DNA from: Candidatus Micrarchaeia archaeon
GTDB lineage: Archaea > Micrarchaeota > Micrarchaeia > Anstonellales > Bilamarchaeaceae
DNA: 64,000 nt
Assembly (NCBI GenBank): GCA_041649555.1
Contig: JBAZMS010000001.1
Span: forward strand, 331,122 to 395,121
Reading direction: 5' to 3'
How positions within the stretch are numbered: the first letter of the stretch is position 1; the number at the start of each line of letters is the position of its first letter. The notes under the pieces were generated by a model. The model had not been told where the DNA came from. It saw only the letters and a list, made by a program, of their open reading frames with translations, and did no database searches. Below are positions 29,537 through 39,350 of the stretch, in pieces. The position numbers and the translations under genes were made by a program.

Positions 29537-30673
29537 ATGATTTGGATAAAAGATGGGATCCACAAAACAATCGAGCTAAACGATATCGAAAGAAAAATAA
29601 TTGATACTTCCGATTTTCAAAGGCTTCACAAAATAAGACAGCTTGCCCTAACCTATCTTGTCTATCCGTGCGCAACACACACCCGCTTTGAGCATTCCCT
29701 TGGAACAATGCATCTTTGCTCGAGCATATGTAAAAGTTTATCTCTTGATTTTGACTTAACCCAAAAGCTAAAATTATATGCGCTTCTTCATGATATAGGG
29801 CACTGCGCGTTTTCCCACGAATCCGAAAAAGTATTGAAAAAATATTTTGGAACGCATGAAAGGATCGGAGAAGAAAAGATAATGAAAGGAGAGATCAAAG
29901 ATATCATCTCACAAAATTACAATCCAAAAGAAATAATAAATTTTTCAAAAAATTTCTACGGCAGGATAATACATTCAGATATAGGGGCCGACCGAATGGA
30001 TTATCTTTTAAGGGATTCGCACAATACTGGGGTTGCATATGGAATTATCGATTCAGATAGGATAATTTCAAAGATTTTTTTAAACACCAGAAAAAGATTT
30101 TTCGGAATTCATATCGGAGGGTTAGAAGCAGTGGAATCCCTTCTTGTCGGAAGATTTATGATGTATTCAACAGTTTATTTCCACCATACATTAAGGTCTG
30201 CATCGTTTATGCTCAAAAGGGCAATTTCCCTTTCAATAGAAAATGAAGTTCTAATTCCAGAAGAATTTAAGTATTTGTGCGATGAGGACATCTTTTCAAG
30301 AATCCTTTTCTCAAAAGAAAAAAGTTCAAAAACATTAATAAAAAGAATTCTAAAAAGAGATCTTTTTAAGGTTTCAAATCAGATACCCTATTCTGAAAAA
30401 ATAGAAAACAATCTTGAAGAGATAAAAAATAAAATTAAAAATAAATTTAGCGGAGAATTCTTTTTTGATATCCCGGAATTTTTCACAGAATTGGATAGAA
30501 TCCATGTTATGGATAAAAATCAGAATATTGTAAATCTTGATAAAATTTCCCCCTTGGTTTTTTCATTAAAATCTGCAGAATCATCAAGAAGAAGCATACT
30601 TTTGCTTTGCAATAAAAAAGACAGAAAAAAACTTAAGGAAATTTCAGATAAAATATTATCCAAATACAACTAG
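29537..30673 (+). CDS. HD-domain phosphohydrolase (SAMHD1/dNTPase-like, COG1078)
   Basis: FQRL..IRQL, HTRFEHSLG, LLHDIGH, ADRMDYL.RD and VYFHH motifs. Confidence 0.9.
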   Translation: MIWIKDGIHKTIELNDIERKIIDTSDFQRLHKIRQLALTYLVYPCATHTRFEHSLGTMHLCSSICKSLSLDFDLTQKLKLYALLHDIGHCAFSHESEKVLKKYFGTHERIGEEKIMKGEIKDIISQNYNPKEIINFSKNFYGRIIHSDIGADRMDYLLRDSHNTGVAYGIIDSDRIISKIFLNTRKRFFGIHIGGLEAVESLLVGRFMMYSTVYFHHTLRSASFMLKRAISLSIENEVLIPEEFKYLCDEDIFSRILFSKEKSSKTLIKRILKRDLFKVSNQIPYSEKIENNLEEIKNKIKNKFSGEFFFDIPEFFTELDRIHVMDKNQNIVNLDKISPLVFSLKSAESSRRSILLLCNKKDRKKLKEISDKILSKYN

Positions 30674-30829
30674 ATGATCTAATACCTTAATTAATACGAT
30701 TAAAACCACTATTCCAATTACTATTGTTTTTGGATCCATTTGTATTCCGCTAAGCCTTTCGTTTGCACTAATGCCCAAAATTCCTGCGTTGGTTGAAGGC
30801 ATTGAAACAGATTCTCGCTTCCAGCTCAT
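30656..30829 (-). CDS. secG: Preprotein translocase Sec61beta/SecG
   Basis: MPSTNAGIL...MDPKTIV plus a single C-terminal TM helix. Confidence 0.8.
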   Translation of the reverse strand: MSWKRESVSMPSTNAGILGISANERLSGIQMDPKTIVIGIVVLIVLIKVLDHLVVFG

Positions 30830-30881
30830 AAGCAATAAAATGAGAAGTAGCATATAAAAAGCTTTCTTTTATCATATCTAT

Positions 30882-31607
30882 ATGGCAATTAAAATAACCC
30901 AGTTTCCCAAATTTAAGTTTTCAAAACCTACAATAATACTCGGCCTTCCGGGTACAGGCCTTGTCGGAAGCATTGCAGCATCATACCTTGTTGATTCGCT
31001 TGGTCTTGAATTTTGCGGCTATATCACAAGCCCGGATTTTGCGCCTCTTGCATCAATCCATGATTTTAAACCGTATCCGCCTGCAAGAATGCATTATTCA
31101 AAAAAATATAATCTTTTAGTTATCCTGTCTGAAATGTCTATTCCTATTGCATCCTCTCAGGATTTATCTGATCAGGTATATTCTTATGCAAAATCCCTTG
31201 GAGCAGAGCATATAATCTCACTTGGAGGAATCTCCTTAAAAGAAAAACCCTCCACTCTTTATGTTATTTCAAGCAGAAGTGAAATTGCTCAGGAGTTTTT
31301 GAAAAATAAGGCATTTAATCCAATAAAAGAAGGTGCAACAACCGGAGTTTCCGGTCTTTTATTAACACAAGGAGTAATAGATAATTATCCTGTTACTTTA
31401 ATTTTGGCTGAATCCTCTGAAGATTATTTGGATCCTGGCGCAGCATCATTAGTTCTTGTCGAGCTTTCAAAATATCTTAAAATTCCAGTAGATACCCAGA
31501 AACTTGATAAAGAAGCAAAAGATGTTGCAAAACAAATGAGGGAAGCAGTAATAAAATCTAAACTGCCCTATAAGAGATCAAAAGAATTAGGATCAATGTA
31601 TGGGTAG
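30882..31607 (+). CDS. PAC2-family proteasome assembly chaperone
   Basis: GLPGTGLVG, IISLGG, DPGAA and C-terminal MYG motifs. Confidence 0.88.
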   Translation: MAIKITQFPKFKFSKPTIILGLPGTGLVGSIAASYLVDSLGLEFCGYITSPDFAPLASIHDFKPYPPARMHYSKKYNLLVILSEMSIPIASSQDLSDQVYSYAKSLGAEHIISLGGISLKEKPSTLYVISSRSEIAQEFLKNKAFNPIKEGATTGVSGLLLTQGVIDNYPVTLILAESSEDYLDPGAASLVLVELSKYLKIPVDTQKLDKEAKDVAKQMREAVIKSKLPYKRSKELGSMYG

Positions 31608-31611
31608 ATTT

Positions 31612-31986
31612 TTAATTGTCTTTTTCTTTTCCCCATTCAACATATTTTCCATCTACTTTATAGATTATTTTCCCTCTAAAAGGTTCTCCTTCCTGATACA
31701 AAACTGAATAATATGCCTGAGTCATAAATGTGACTAATTCGTGTACTGCAGAAAGATTATCTCTTCCAGGAAACATTGCCTTCATTGCATATCTTATATT
31801 TTCTTCTGTTGCAACATCTCTTATTTCTTTTAATTGTCTATCCCTTGTTTTTAAATTTTTAGGTCCTTCTACAAGTTTTAATTCTACCATTGGAGGTATT
31901 TGCGCAAATCTTCTTATTTTTGAAATGCTCCGCCCTATTTGTTTTATTGATTTTTTGCAATCAAAAAAAGCATATGCTCTTCCCAT
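31612..31986 (-). CDS. Hypothetical protein
   Basis: Start moved to MGRAYAFFDC, because the longer ORF call overlaps the tRNA-Leu 3' end. Confidence 0.55.
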   Translation of the reverse strand: MGRAYAFFDCKKSIKQIGRSISKIRRFAQIPPMVELKLVEGPKNLKTRDRQLKEIRDVATEENIRYAMKAMFPGRDNLSAVHELVTFMTQAYYSVLYQEGEPFRGKIIYKVDGKYVEWGKEKDN

Positions 31987-32076
31987 TTGTTTTGGTGTCA
32001 TTAGATATACATATGTTACAAAAGATATAAAAATATATATAATTATTGCCCCTATAAAAAATAAGTTTAAAATAAT

Positions 32077-32357
32077 TGCAGGGGGCCGGATTTTCAAGTT
32101 TCCAGTTTCGTGTTATGAGTTATGAGCACACAACTCAAAAACCACCAAAACTTAGAAGATAGCCTTCCCCCTATTAATCAAAAATTTCTTATTCAAAATA
32201 GAGGGGGTTGGTTATCAAGAGGAGGGGGACACTTCCCCCGCCTGGTGTTTGAACCGGCGGACACACTAAGTGACAGGATTTCAAAATCCAATTAACTTGA
32301 AGAAAGTTAAAAGGTTTCTTAAGTCCTGCGCATTAGACCAGGCTCTGCAACCCCTGC
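32077..32357 (-). tRNA. tRNA-Leu(TAA) with two introns (anticodon loop ~32280-32317; T-loop 59/60 at 32091-32247)
   Basis: Spliced product GCAGGGGTTGCAGAGCCTGGTCTAATGCGCAGGA-CTTAAGA-TCCTG-TCACTTAGTGTGTCC-GCCGG-TTCAAAT-CCGGC-CCCCTGC-A forms a full cloverleaf with a long variable arm. Confidence 0.88.
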
Positions 32358-32486
32358 ATAAGTATAACATGTAAGGCTAAGTCAAGCCTCACGATTGGGG
32401 TTGTCAGGCTTTAAACGAATCGTCGTTTAATCAACTGCAACCCCTGCATAAGTATAACATGTAAGGCTAAGTCAAGCCTCACGATT
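32345..32486. repeat. 52-bp perfect direct repeat (32345-32396 and 32435-32486) separated by a 38-bp spacer
   Basis: CTGCAACCCCTGCATAAGTATAACATGTAAGGCTAAGTCAAGCCTCACGATT occurs twice and includes tRNA-Leu nt 1-13. Confidence 0.93.
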
Positions 32487-32515
32487 TAGTAAAGTATATT
32501 TCTCCATAAAACAAT

Positions 32516-33478
32516 TTATAAAACTCTCACTTTTTTTCCGTCAAAATAAATGCAATCCTCTATTCTAACCCCCCAGTTTTTCCTGTAAATCCCGGGTTCA
32601 ACAGTAAATACACTATTTTTTAGTTCATCCCTGCTTTTTATTCCAAATGAAGGAAACTCATGAACCTCAAGCCCGATTCCGTGGCCAAGGGAATGTTTTT
32701 CTTCCCCAAGCCCATATTTTTTGTATAATTTCGCAGTAAACTCTGCCAACTCATTTCCAAAATTACAATTTGGAATTTCATCAATTATTTCTAACTGGAC
32801 CTGTTTTACTAATTCATAGTCTTTCTTCCATGGTCCGTTACCTAAGATAAAGCATCTTGAAATATCCCCGCAATAACCCATATATTTAACACCATAATCA
32901 ATCAAAATAATATCCTTTAGCTTAACATTGGAAGGAACATAATGGGGGAATGAAGTATTTTTAGAAGTAGAAACAATCGGCTTGAATGCAACTTCCAATC
33001 CCCTCTCAAGCGTTTCTTTTAATAATTCTTTTTCCACATCCTTTTCTGTTTTGCATTTTTTCAAATCAATTGAATGAATAATTTCTTTAGTTTCTTTTAC
33101 AGCCCCCCTTATTTTTTCAATTTCAATTTCTTTTTTTTCTGCCCGTATTTTTGATAACTCCTTTGAAATATCAATAGGTTTTGAGATTTTTTTTAAAAAT
33201 TCATATATCTTAACATTCAAATTTCGTCCATCAATTCCTATTTTTCTTTTTTTCAATAATTTTTCCAAGTCCTTTTTTAGATCTAAATAAACGAATACTC
33301 TTCCGAATTTAAAAGTTTCAACTGCAAGCTTTTCATTCATTTTTGAAACAATTAATATTTTCTTTTTCCCTTCAATTAAAATAAATGAATGGTCATAAAG
33401 GGCCATTCCAAGCCCTGAATAATAGGAAAAATTCGCATTTGTTTTTTCCCCAGAATAAAGCAGTATCGGAATTTTCAT
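32516..33478 (-). CDS. Xaa-Pro aminopeptidase/prolidase (M24)
   Basis: IDYG..Y.GYCGDISR, HSLGHGIGLEVHE, TVEPGIY and GVRIED motifs. Confidence 0.92.
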   Translation of the reverse strand: MKIPILLYSGEKTNANFSYYSGLGMALYDHSFILIEGKKKILIVSKMNEKLAVETFKFGRVFVYLDLKKDLEKLLKKRKIGIDGRNLNVKIYEFLKKISKPIDISKELSKIRAEKKEIEIEKIRGAVKETKEIIHSIDLKKCKTEKDVEKELLKETLERGLEVAFKPIVSTSKNTSFPHYVPSNVKLKDIILIDYGVKYMGYCGDISRCFILGNGPWKKDYELVKQVQLEIIDEIPNCNFGNELAEFTAKLYKKYGLGEEKHSLGHGIGLEVHEFPSFGIKSRDELKNSVFTVEPGIYRKNWGVRIEDCIYFDGKKVRVL

Positions 33479-33482
33479 AAGT

Positions 33483-34094
33483 TTATACCTCTATTTCTGC
33501 AACGCCCCTAATTCCATCCCATTTTTTTCTAAAACATTTTATGCTAATCTCATTTTTAAAAAATGGGGCATATGATACAAATGTCTCAGCTTCCCCTCCT
33601 TCAAACATTTTATTTACTCCTTTAATTTCTCCAATGTCTTTAAAATTCATTCCAAGGTGTTTTTCAAAAAGACCTTCTGCTGAAACAGAAACAATATATG
33701 TTTTGAAATATTTTTTAATTTCCTCAATTATCTCATCTTCTTTGTGCCATAACGGAGAAAATGCAGGAATTCCAAGCCGTTCCCCAATAATATCTATTCT
33801 CTGCTTTTGATATTCACTTGAAAACGCTCCGGTTACAATTCCTTCAACTTTTAATTCTTTTAATTTTTCTTCCAATTTTAATAATTCGTTTTTGTTGTTA
33901 GCATCAATATATTCGATTTCAAGTTCCATTTCCTTTGCCTGCAGCTTAGTTTTATCTAAGTTGGGGTGATGAAACATATAAGAGTCCTCCTCGCTTTTAA
34001 CACAAATTAAAATGACATCAAATCCGGAATAAATTGACCAAAATGCCGCATAACAGCTGTCCTTTCCTCCAGAAAACAAACAGGCAACTTTCAT
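33483..34094 (-). CDS. Diphthine--ammonia ligase family (Dph6/DUF71 PP-loop ATPase)
   Basis: LFSGGKDS, SYMFH, SEYQKQR, SPLW and FEGGEAET motifs. Confidence 0.88.
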   Translation of the reverse strand: MKVACLFSGGKDSCYAAFWSIYSGFDVILICVKSEEDSYMFHHPNLDKTKLQAKEMELEIEYIDANNKNELLKLEEKLKELKVEGIVTGAFSSEYQKQRIDIIGERLGIPAFSPLWHKEDEIIEEIKKYFKTYIVSVSAEGLFEKHLGMNFKDIGEIKGVNKMFEGGEAETFVSYAPFFKNEISIKCFRKKWDGIRGVAEIEV

Positions 34095-34135
34095 CACTAT
34101 TGATTAAAAGAATATCTCTTTTAACTTTATCTATT

Positions 34136-34921
34136 ATGGCAATTAAAACAATTATTTTTGATTTGGACGGAGTATTATATCGAGGAGATGAAATAATTAC
34201 CGGATCAATAGAAACAATAAAAAAACTAAAATCTCTTGGAATAAAAACTTATTTTCTGACAAATGCAGGAACTCTTTCCAGAAAGGGCAGGGCAAAAAAA
34301 CTTAGATCATTAGGTTTTGAAATACCTGACGATGAGGTATTTACAAGCTCTTATGGAATCGGAGCATACCTTTCTTCAATAAAGAAAAATCCTTCAGTTT
34401 ATTGCATAGGGGAAGCAGGATTAAAAGAAGAGCTTTCTTCATTTGGGGCATATCTTACTGAAAAAAATACGGATTTTGTTGTTGTTGGATTGGACAGGGA
34501 ATTCACATATAAAAAATTGAATATTGCATTGCAAAATATCATAAATGGGGCAAAATTCATTGCAACAAACGGAGATGCAACCTTTCCTGTAGAAAACAAT
34601 AAAATAATGCCCGGCTGCGGTTCAATTGTTTCAAGCGTTGCATACTGCTCAAAAATAAATCCGCATATCATAGGAAAACCCAATGCTTATCTTTTGGATA
34701 TGATAATAAGTGATTCAAAATCAAAAAGAGATGAGATTCTTTTAATTGGAGACAGAATAGAAACTGATGTTTTTCTTGCAAAAAAAGCAAAAATAAAATC
34801 AGCTTTGGTTCTAAGCGGGGTTTCAACAAGAAACGATCTTGAAAAATTAAAAGAAGAGGAAAAACCGGATTATTTATTAAATTCAATTTTAGGTATATTC
34901 AATATCCCTCATCTTCTATAA
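34136..34921 (+). CDS. HAD-IIA hydrolase (NagD-like)
   Basis: FDLDGVLY, LTN, GKPN and IGDRIETD motifs; start set at MAIK. Confidence 0.92.
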   Translation: MAIKTIIFDLDGVLYRGDEIITGSIETIKKLKSLGIKTYFLTNAGTLSRKGRAKKLRSLGFEIPDDEVFTSSYGIGAYLSSIKKNPSVYCIGEAGLKEELSSFGAYLTEKNTDFVVVGLDREFTYKKLNIALQNIINGAKFIATNGDATFPVENNKIMPGCGSIVSSVAYCSKINPHIIGKPNAYLLDMIISDSKSKRDEILLIGDRIETDVFLAKKAKIKSALVLSGVSTRNDLEKLKEEEKPDYLLNSILGIFNIPHLL

Positions 34922-35192
34922 TATCTTTTATATCAGAATTTCCGACATTTCCAAGAAGATCTTTTCCAAAAAAATCTTCTTCCAAATCCAGTCCTTTTGA
35001 TGGTTCCTCTGTTGTCTTGGCGGTTTCTGAAATTCCCTGTTCGATTACATTGAAATTTATCTGAATCGAGCTAGAACAATGGGGACATTTTCCACTAATG
35101 GATACTTCATCAAAAACTAGATTTGAGCTTAATAAAAACTCTGATTCATTTTTACAGTTTGAACATCTTATGTGTCTTTTCAATTCTGACAT
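34899..35192 (-). CDS. Small Zn-ribbon protein with acidic tail
   Basis: CSNC...CPHC. Confidence 0.65.
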   Translation of the reverse strand: MSELKRHIRCSNCKNESEFLLSSNLVFDEVSISGKCPHCSSSIQINFNVIEQGISETAKTTEEPSKGLDLEEDFFGKDLLGNVGNSDIKDIIEDEGY

Positions 35193-35226
35193 GGCCGCAC
35201 CAGTAAACCCATCGATTTTATACTTT

Positions 35227-35820
35227 TTAAACCTTTCTTTGGGTTATAAAGTCCCGCAAAACCCTTCCAGTTGGCAAATCAATTATTGTTGAGGGATATT
35301 TGTATTTTGTTTCCCCCCCGTCTAAAACAATATCTGCCTTTTTTAAAACTTCTTTGGAAATTTCATCTATTTTAGTTGGAGATTTTAAATCTCCGCTTAT
35401 ATTCGCGCTTGTAGTTATTAGAGGAATTTCCATGTTTCTCATTATATTTTGAAGAAATGGATATTTGGGTATTCTTATTCCAAGCCTGATTTTATCTCCG
35501 ACAGGAATCCTTTTTTTATTTCTTCTTAAAAGAATTGTATAGGGTCCAGGGATATATTTTTTTAATTTTTTCCTTTCTGATGGGGAAATAATACAGAATT
35601 TTTCAGCAAGAGAGATGTCCCCTATGATTACAGAAACAGGATTGTTTCGCTTTCTTTTTTTTATCTTATAAATTTTTTCTACGACTTTTTTGTCCAATCC
35701 GTTTCCTCCAATTCCATAGCAGGTATCTGTAGGATAAATAATTATCTTCCCGGTTTCCAAAGCTTGCTTTAATTTTTTCCCAGCCAGCTCCGGATTTTTC
35801 TCAATGGATATAATCTCCAT
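35227..35820 (-). CDS. sua5: L-threonylcarbamoyladenylate synthase (YrdC/TsaC domain only)
   Basis: YPTDTCYGI, KKR, PGPYT, TTSANISG and PSTIID motifs. Confidence 0.92.
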   Translation of the reverse strand: MEIISIEKNPELAGKKLKQALETGKIIIYPTDTCYGIGGNGLDKKVVEKIYKIKKRKRNNPVSVIIGDISLAEKFCIISPSERKKLKKYIPGPYTILLRRNKKRIPVGDKIRLGIRIPKYPFLQNIMRNMEIPLITTSANISGDLKSPTKIDEISKEVLKKADIVLDGGETKYKYPSTIIDLPTGRVLRDFITQRKV

Positions 35821-35852
35821 AATAAGATAAGAATTCAAAATATTTATATTGC

Positions 35853-37385
35853 TTAGCCCAAAAAGTCTTTTTTAATTTTTGCAACCCCAAGCGTGTAAAT
35901 AAGATTTCCAAGCTTTGGCCCCCTTTCCTTTCCAATGAGTGCAAGATACATTTTTTGAAAAATTTCCTTTGGAGAAATATCATTTCTTTTTGAATATTCA
36001 AATATTGTATTCTGTATCTCATCTTTTCCCATATTATCTTCTAAATCATTAAGAATTTTTTTTATATCCTCATCCTCTGTTTTTCTTCCGGCATAACTGA
36101 ATTTATACTGCTCTGGAACAAAATCTTTTTCCACCCATTTTTTTATATAAGGTTTAAGGTATTCTATTCCCTTCCCGTCTTTTAGGATTTCTTTTACTTT
36201 CTCAAAATCCCGATAAATCATGTAAGTAAGCAAAACATCTGAAAACGGGGCATTCCATTCTGTTTTGTTGGGGCATAATCTGTATGCCTGCACTTTTTTC
36301 TGCTCCGGCCTTTCAACTTTTTCAAGTTCCTCGTTTGTTTTTATTCCATCTGATAATTTTCCTATCCTTTCAAACTCGTCATATAATTTTAGCAGATTTT
36401 CTTTTGTCGGAACGATATCAATATTTTCTGTCAAATCCGGCTTAATTAACATATATGCAATCATTCTCATTGGAATAAGTTCTTTTAGTTCTACAATTCC
36501 CATTCCTATTCCCTTTGACTTTGAATATTTTTTTCCTTCAAATAAAAGCATGCCCCATGTGTATCCTATTGGAGGGTCCTCTTTAAACATTTCCCTAAAT
36601 ATTCCGACTAATGTATCATAGCTTCCCCCTCTCGTATGGTGGTCTATTCCTCCTCCTTCAAGATTGGTTTTTAAAAATCTGGTTCTTGCAGGCCAGTCAA
36701 GCCTCCAGAGTATCTTATATTTATGATCTGAAATTTTATTTTTTCCGCAAAATCCGCAACCCTTTGTGTATCCGATGTCCCTATCACAGCTATATTCATA
36801 TTCATCAGTTTCTTTATTATAAGATAATGTCCTTGTTGTTGCAATTTTTCCGCATTTTTGGCATAATGGCATAATCGATGACCAATATCCATCTATCGTT
36901 CTTAAGGATGTTTTTGCAACTATTTTCTTTGCCACTTTCTCATTTTGAAGAAAAAATCTTGCATCCCCATCATACATTCCATTTTCAATCATTTCATTTG
37001 CCTTTATTACCTCTATATTTAATTCAAATTCCTTCATTATTTCTATTGCCTCATCCAAATAATGCTCTCCAAAACTTTTGCTTTTTCCAGTCGGGTCTGG
37101 AACAAAGCATAATGGTTTTCCCAAATGAGGCTCTAAAAATTCATTATATTTTTCCATTGGAATTGGAACCTTATCAAACGCATCCATTATATCTGCTACA
37201 AATAGGAATTTTACCTGTTTTCCTTCCCTTTCTATTACCTTTGCAATAGTTCCCGGAAATAAAAATTCACACACTGTCCCAAAATGGGTCGGGCCTGAAG
37301 TCGTCATTCCGCCGCTTATAATATAGGGAGGTTGGTATCTTTCTGTTATTTTAGCTGCTAATTGTTCTGCCCAGTGGAGAATCAT
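35853..37385 (-). CDS. lysS: Lysyl-tRNA synthetase, class I
   Basis: HWAE, SGPTHFG, CQKCG, WRLDWPAR, KYSKSKG and GPKLG motifs. Confidence 0.93.
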   Translation of the reverse strand: MILHWAEQLAAKITERYQPPYIISGGMTTSGPTHFGTVCEFLFPGTIAKVIEREGKQVKFLFVADIMDAFDKVPIPMEKYNEFLEPHLGKPLCFVPDPTGKSKSFGEHYLDEAIEIMKEFELNIEVIKANEMIENGMYDGDARFFLQNEKVAKKIVAKTSLRTIDGYWSSIMPLCQKCGKIATTRTLSYNKETDEYEYSCDRDIGYTKGCGFCGKNKISDHKYKILWRLDWPARTRFLKTNLEGGGIDHHTRGGSYDTLVGIFREMFKEDPPIGYTWGMLLFEGKKYSKSKGIGMGIVELKELIPMRMIAYMLIKPDLTENIDIVPTKENLLKLYDEFERIGKLSDGIKTNEELEKVERPEQKKVQAYRLCPNKTEWNAPFSDVLLTYMIYRDFEKVKEILKDGKGIEYLKPYIKKWVEKDFVPEQYKFSYAGRKTEDEDIKKILNDLEDNMGKDEIQNTIFEYSKRNDISPKEIFQKMYLALIGKERGPKLGNLIYTLGVAKIKKDFLG

Positions 37386-37461
37386 AACTATTTCACCTTT
37401 TTTCCTTAGAGTAATGTTACAGGAGGTTGTTTTATAAATATTTCGATGCATAGTTTTAGGT

Positions 37462-37577
37462 TATCAGCGGCCATAGGAAAAGGGTCACACCCGTTCCCAT
37501 TTCGAACACGGAAGTTAAGCCTTTTCACGGTGGCTCTTGTACTGTTCTATGAACGGGAAAGACCACTGCTGCTGGTA
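37462..37577 (+). rRNA. rrf: 5S rRNA (stand-alone)
   Basis: GCGGCCATAG...CACCCGTTCCCATTTCGAACACGGAAGTTAAGCC; terminal helix TATCAGCGGC/GCTGCTGGTA followed by a T-tract. Confidence 0.93.
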
Positions 37578-37581
37578 CTTT

Positions 37582-38319
37582 TTATGCGCCTATTGATTCT
37601 GATCTTTTCAATAATTCGTCAGATAGTTGTTTTATTACTTCTTTATGGTCGAATTCTTTTTTGTCTAATCTATCTGCAAGCATTCTCCCACAATTTGAAG
37701 CCTTTTCAAAATGCTCTTTTGCACCTTTTAGATTTTCCTTTATTAATTCTATTTCCCCAAGTGCCCAGTACCCCACGAATGATTCTTCAGTATTTAGTGT
37801 ATTCCTTTTTTTGCCTGTTCTTAGTTCTTTTGCAATAAAAGCCATTACTTTTGAATATAATTGCATTCTGTGATACTGGTCAGAGTATTCTGCTAAAGTG
37901 TAATCTAAAGCAAGTCTGTTTGCGATCTCACCTGCCTTTGCATACCAGTTTCCAGCCGTTCTTTCATCCCTGTTTTTTAATTCTATATCTGCATGTTCCT
38001 TTGCAATATTTAATGCCCTTGTCATGAACTCTATTATTTTTTCGCGCAATGAATTAATTTTATGTGTTTTGGTTTGGCAAGCCCCCTCTGTTTCAGGTGT
38101 TTCCGTTAAGTGTATATTCATTAGTTCAGAACGCCGTCCTCTTGACCAGCGAAGCATTTTTTCCATTTCTGCAGATGCATTATTGGTGATAGTTGCCATA
38201 CTTTTATTATTCCCTGGCGGTAAATCTTTTATTTGAAGTGCACTAAAAGGATTGTTTCCAAATCCCGGGTTGAGACCTAAATTGACACGAGGGTGTCTTT
38301 TAAATTTTTGTTTAGTCAT
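37582..38319 (-). CDS. Hypothetical protein, TPR-like C-terminus
   Basis: YWALGEIEL...AKEHFEKA resembles a TPR unit. Confidence 0.55.
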   Translation of the reverse strand: MTKQKFKRHPRVNLGLNPGFGNNPFSALQIKDLPPGNNKSMATITNNASAEMEKMLRWSRGRRSELMNIHLTETPETEGACQTKTHKINSLREKIIEFMTRALNIAKEHADIELKNRDERTAGNWYAKAGEIANRLALDYTLAEYSDQYHRMQLYSKVMAFIAKELRTGKKRNTLNTEESFVGYWALGEIELIKENLKGAKEHFEKASNCGRMLADRLDKKEFDHKEVIKQLSDELLKRSESIGA

Positions 38320-38335
38320 AAAATCTACCTCATTC

Positions 38336-39247
38336 TCACATGTTCAAAAGAGTTCCTGAACTTAAAATTTTACTCATGTTATATTTTTCTGCCAGAGTAT
38401 CACTTAAATACATATATTCTCCCTTACCCTTTAGTTCGGGCAGCTTTTCATTATTCCATATTTGCTCTACTGCCCTAGCTTGGCACTTGCTGCTTGTTTC
38501 ATCCATTAAGTATTGTGTTGAAACCAGTACTGAAAACAATGGTGGTAAGATTTTGGTCTTAATACTATGTTTTTCAATTGCATGGACAATTTTGAATTCA
38601 TCACTGTCTTTATCAGCCCTTTTCTCCCTGTGTTGTCTAAAGAATCGTTCTAATGCGAGTTCAAAAATATTTATGCGTCTGAAGTTACGGTTACAGTATT
38701 TCTTTGATAAATCCGCACCATATTCCAATAATACCTCTAATGCTTTTAGGCCTCCTACATCTACAATACAGCCAATTAAAGGATTGCTAATCCCTATCTC
38801 ACCTTTGGGTGGATTGATCATCCGGGGCTCATTATGGACGATAGTATTAACATCCGCGTTGAATTTTTCTATTAAATTTATCATAAGGTTGGCATGATCT
38901 CCCATGGCGGTTTCGTAAAGTGCCATTTCAATTAAGGTGTTTTTTGTATCCCCGTAATTCCTTTGAAGATTAAGTATCTCAGCCATCTGGCTGTATGGAC
39001 CTATTTCTCCCATATGGCATGCAATAAGAAATATATTTTGGCTTGCCAGTTTTTCATCACCAAGCGTTCTTTCTTCATCGAGCAAAGGAATCATTTGGGT
39101 GAATGAGACCCTAATCCTGGTTTCATTTTCTTTAATTTTTCTAAGTACTAATCTACCATTCTCAGTTCCCATATCATGTATATCGTTCCTTAATCTGATT
39201 AGTCTTTTGCTTGCCTGATTTGGTCTAGTTGTTATTTGTTGTTGCAT
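38336..39247 (-). CDS. Hypothetical protein with degenerate ankyrin-like motifs
   Basis: LIEKFNADVN and LEVLLEYGADL. Confidence 0.55.
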   Translation of the reverse strand: MQQQITTRPNQASKRLIRLRNDIHDMGTENGRLVLRKIKENETRIRVSFTQMIPLLDEERTLGDEKLASQNIFLIACHMGEIGPYSQMAEILNLQRNYGDTKNTLIEMALYETAMGDHANLMINLIEKFNADVNTIVHNEPRMINPPKGEIGISNPLIGCIVDVGGLKALEVLLEYGADLSKKYCNRNFRRINIFELALERFFRQHREKRADKDSDEFKIVHAIEKHSIKTKILPPLFSVLVSTQYLMDETSSKCQARAVEQIWNNEKLPELKGKGEYMYLSDTLAEKYNMSKILSSGTLLNM

Positions 39248-39350
39248 ATATTCACCTAAATACTTTCTATATAACAGTTAATATTTAAATCTTTCCATCC
39301 TGATACTACCTTTCAAAACATTTTTAATCACTTCTATCTAAAGTGAGGTA

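Noticed and set aside
32274..32328. Alternative splicing to a Ser(TGA) anticodon loop (CT+TGAAA)
   Set aside because: The acceptor stem, D-arm and A73 discriminator match archaeal tRNA-Leu, and no BHB supports that junction.
32345..32486. Mini CRISPR array (repeat-spacer-repeat)
   Set aside because: Only two units, the 52-bp repeat is too long and contains tRNA sequence, and no cas genes are in the window.
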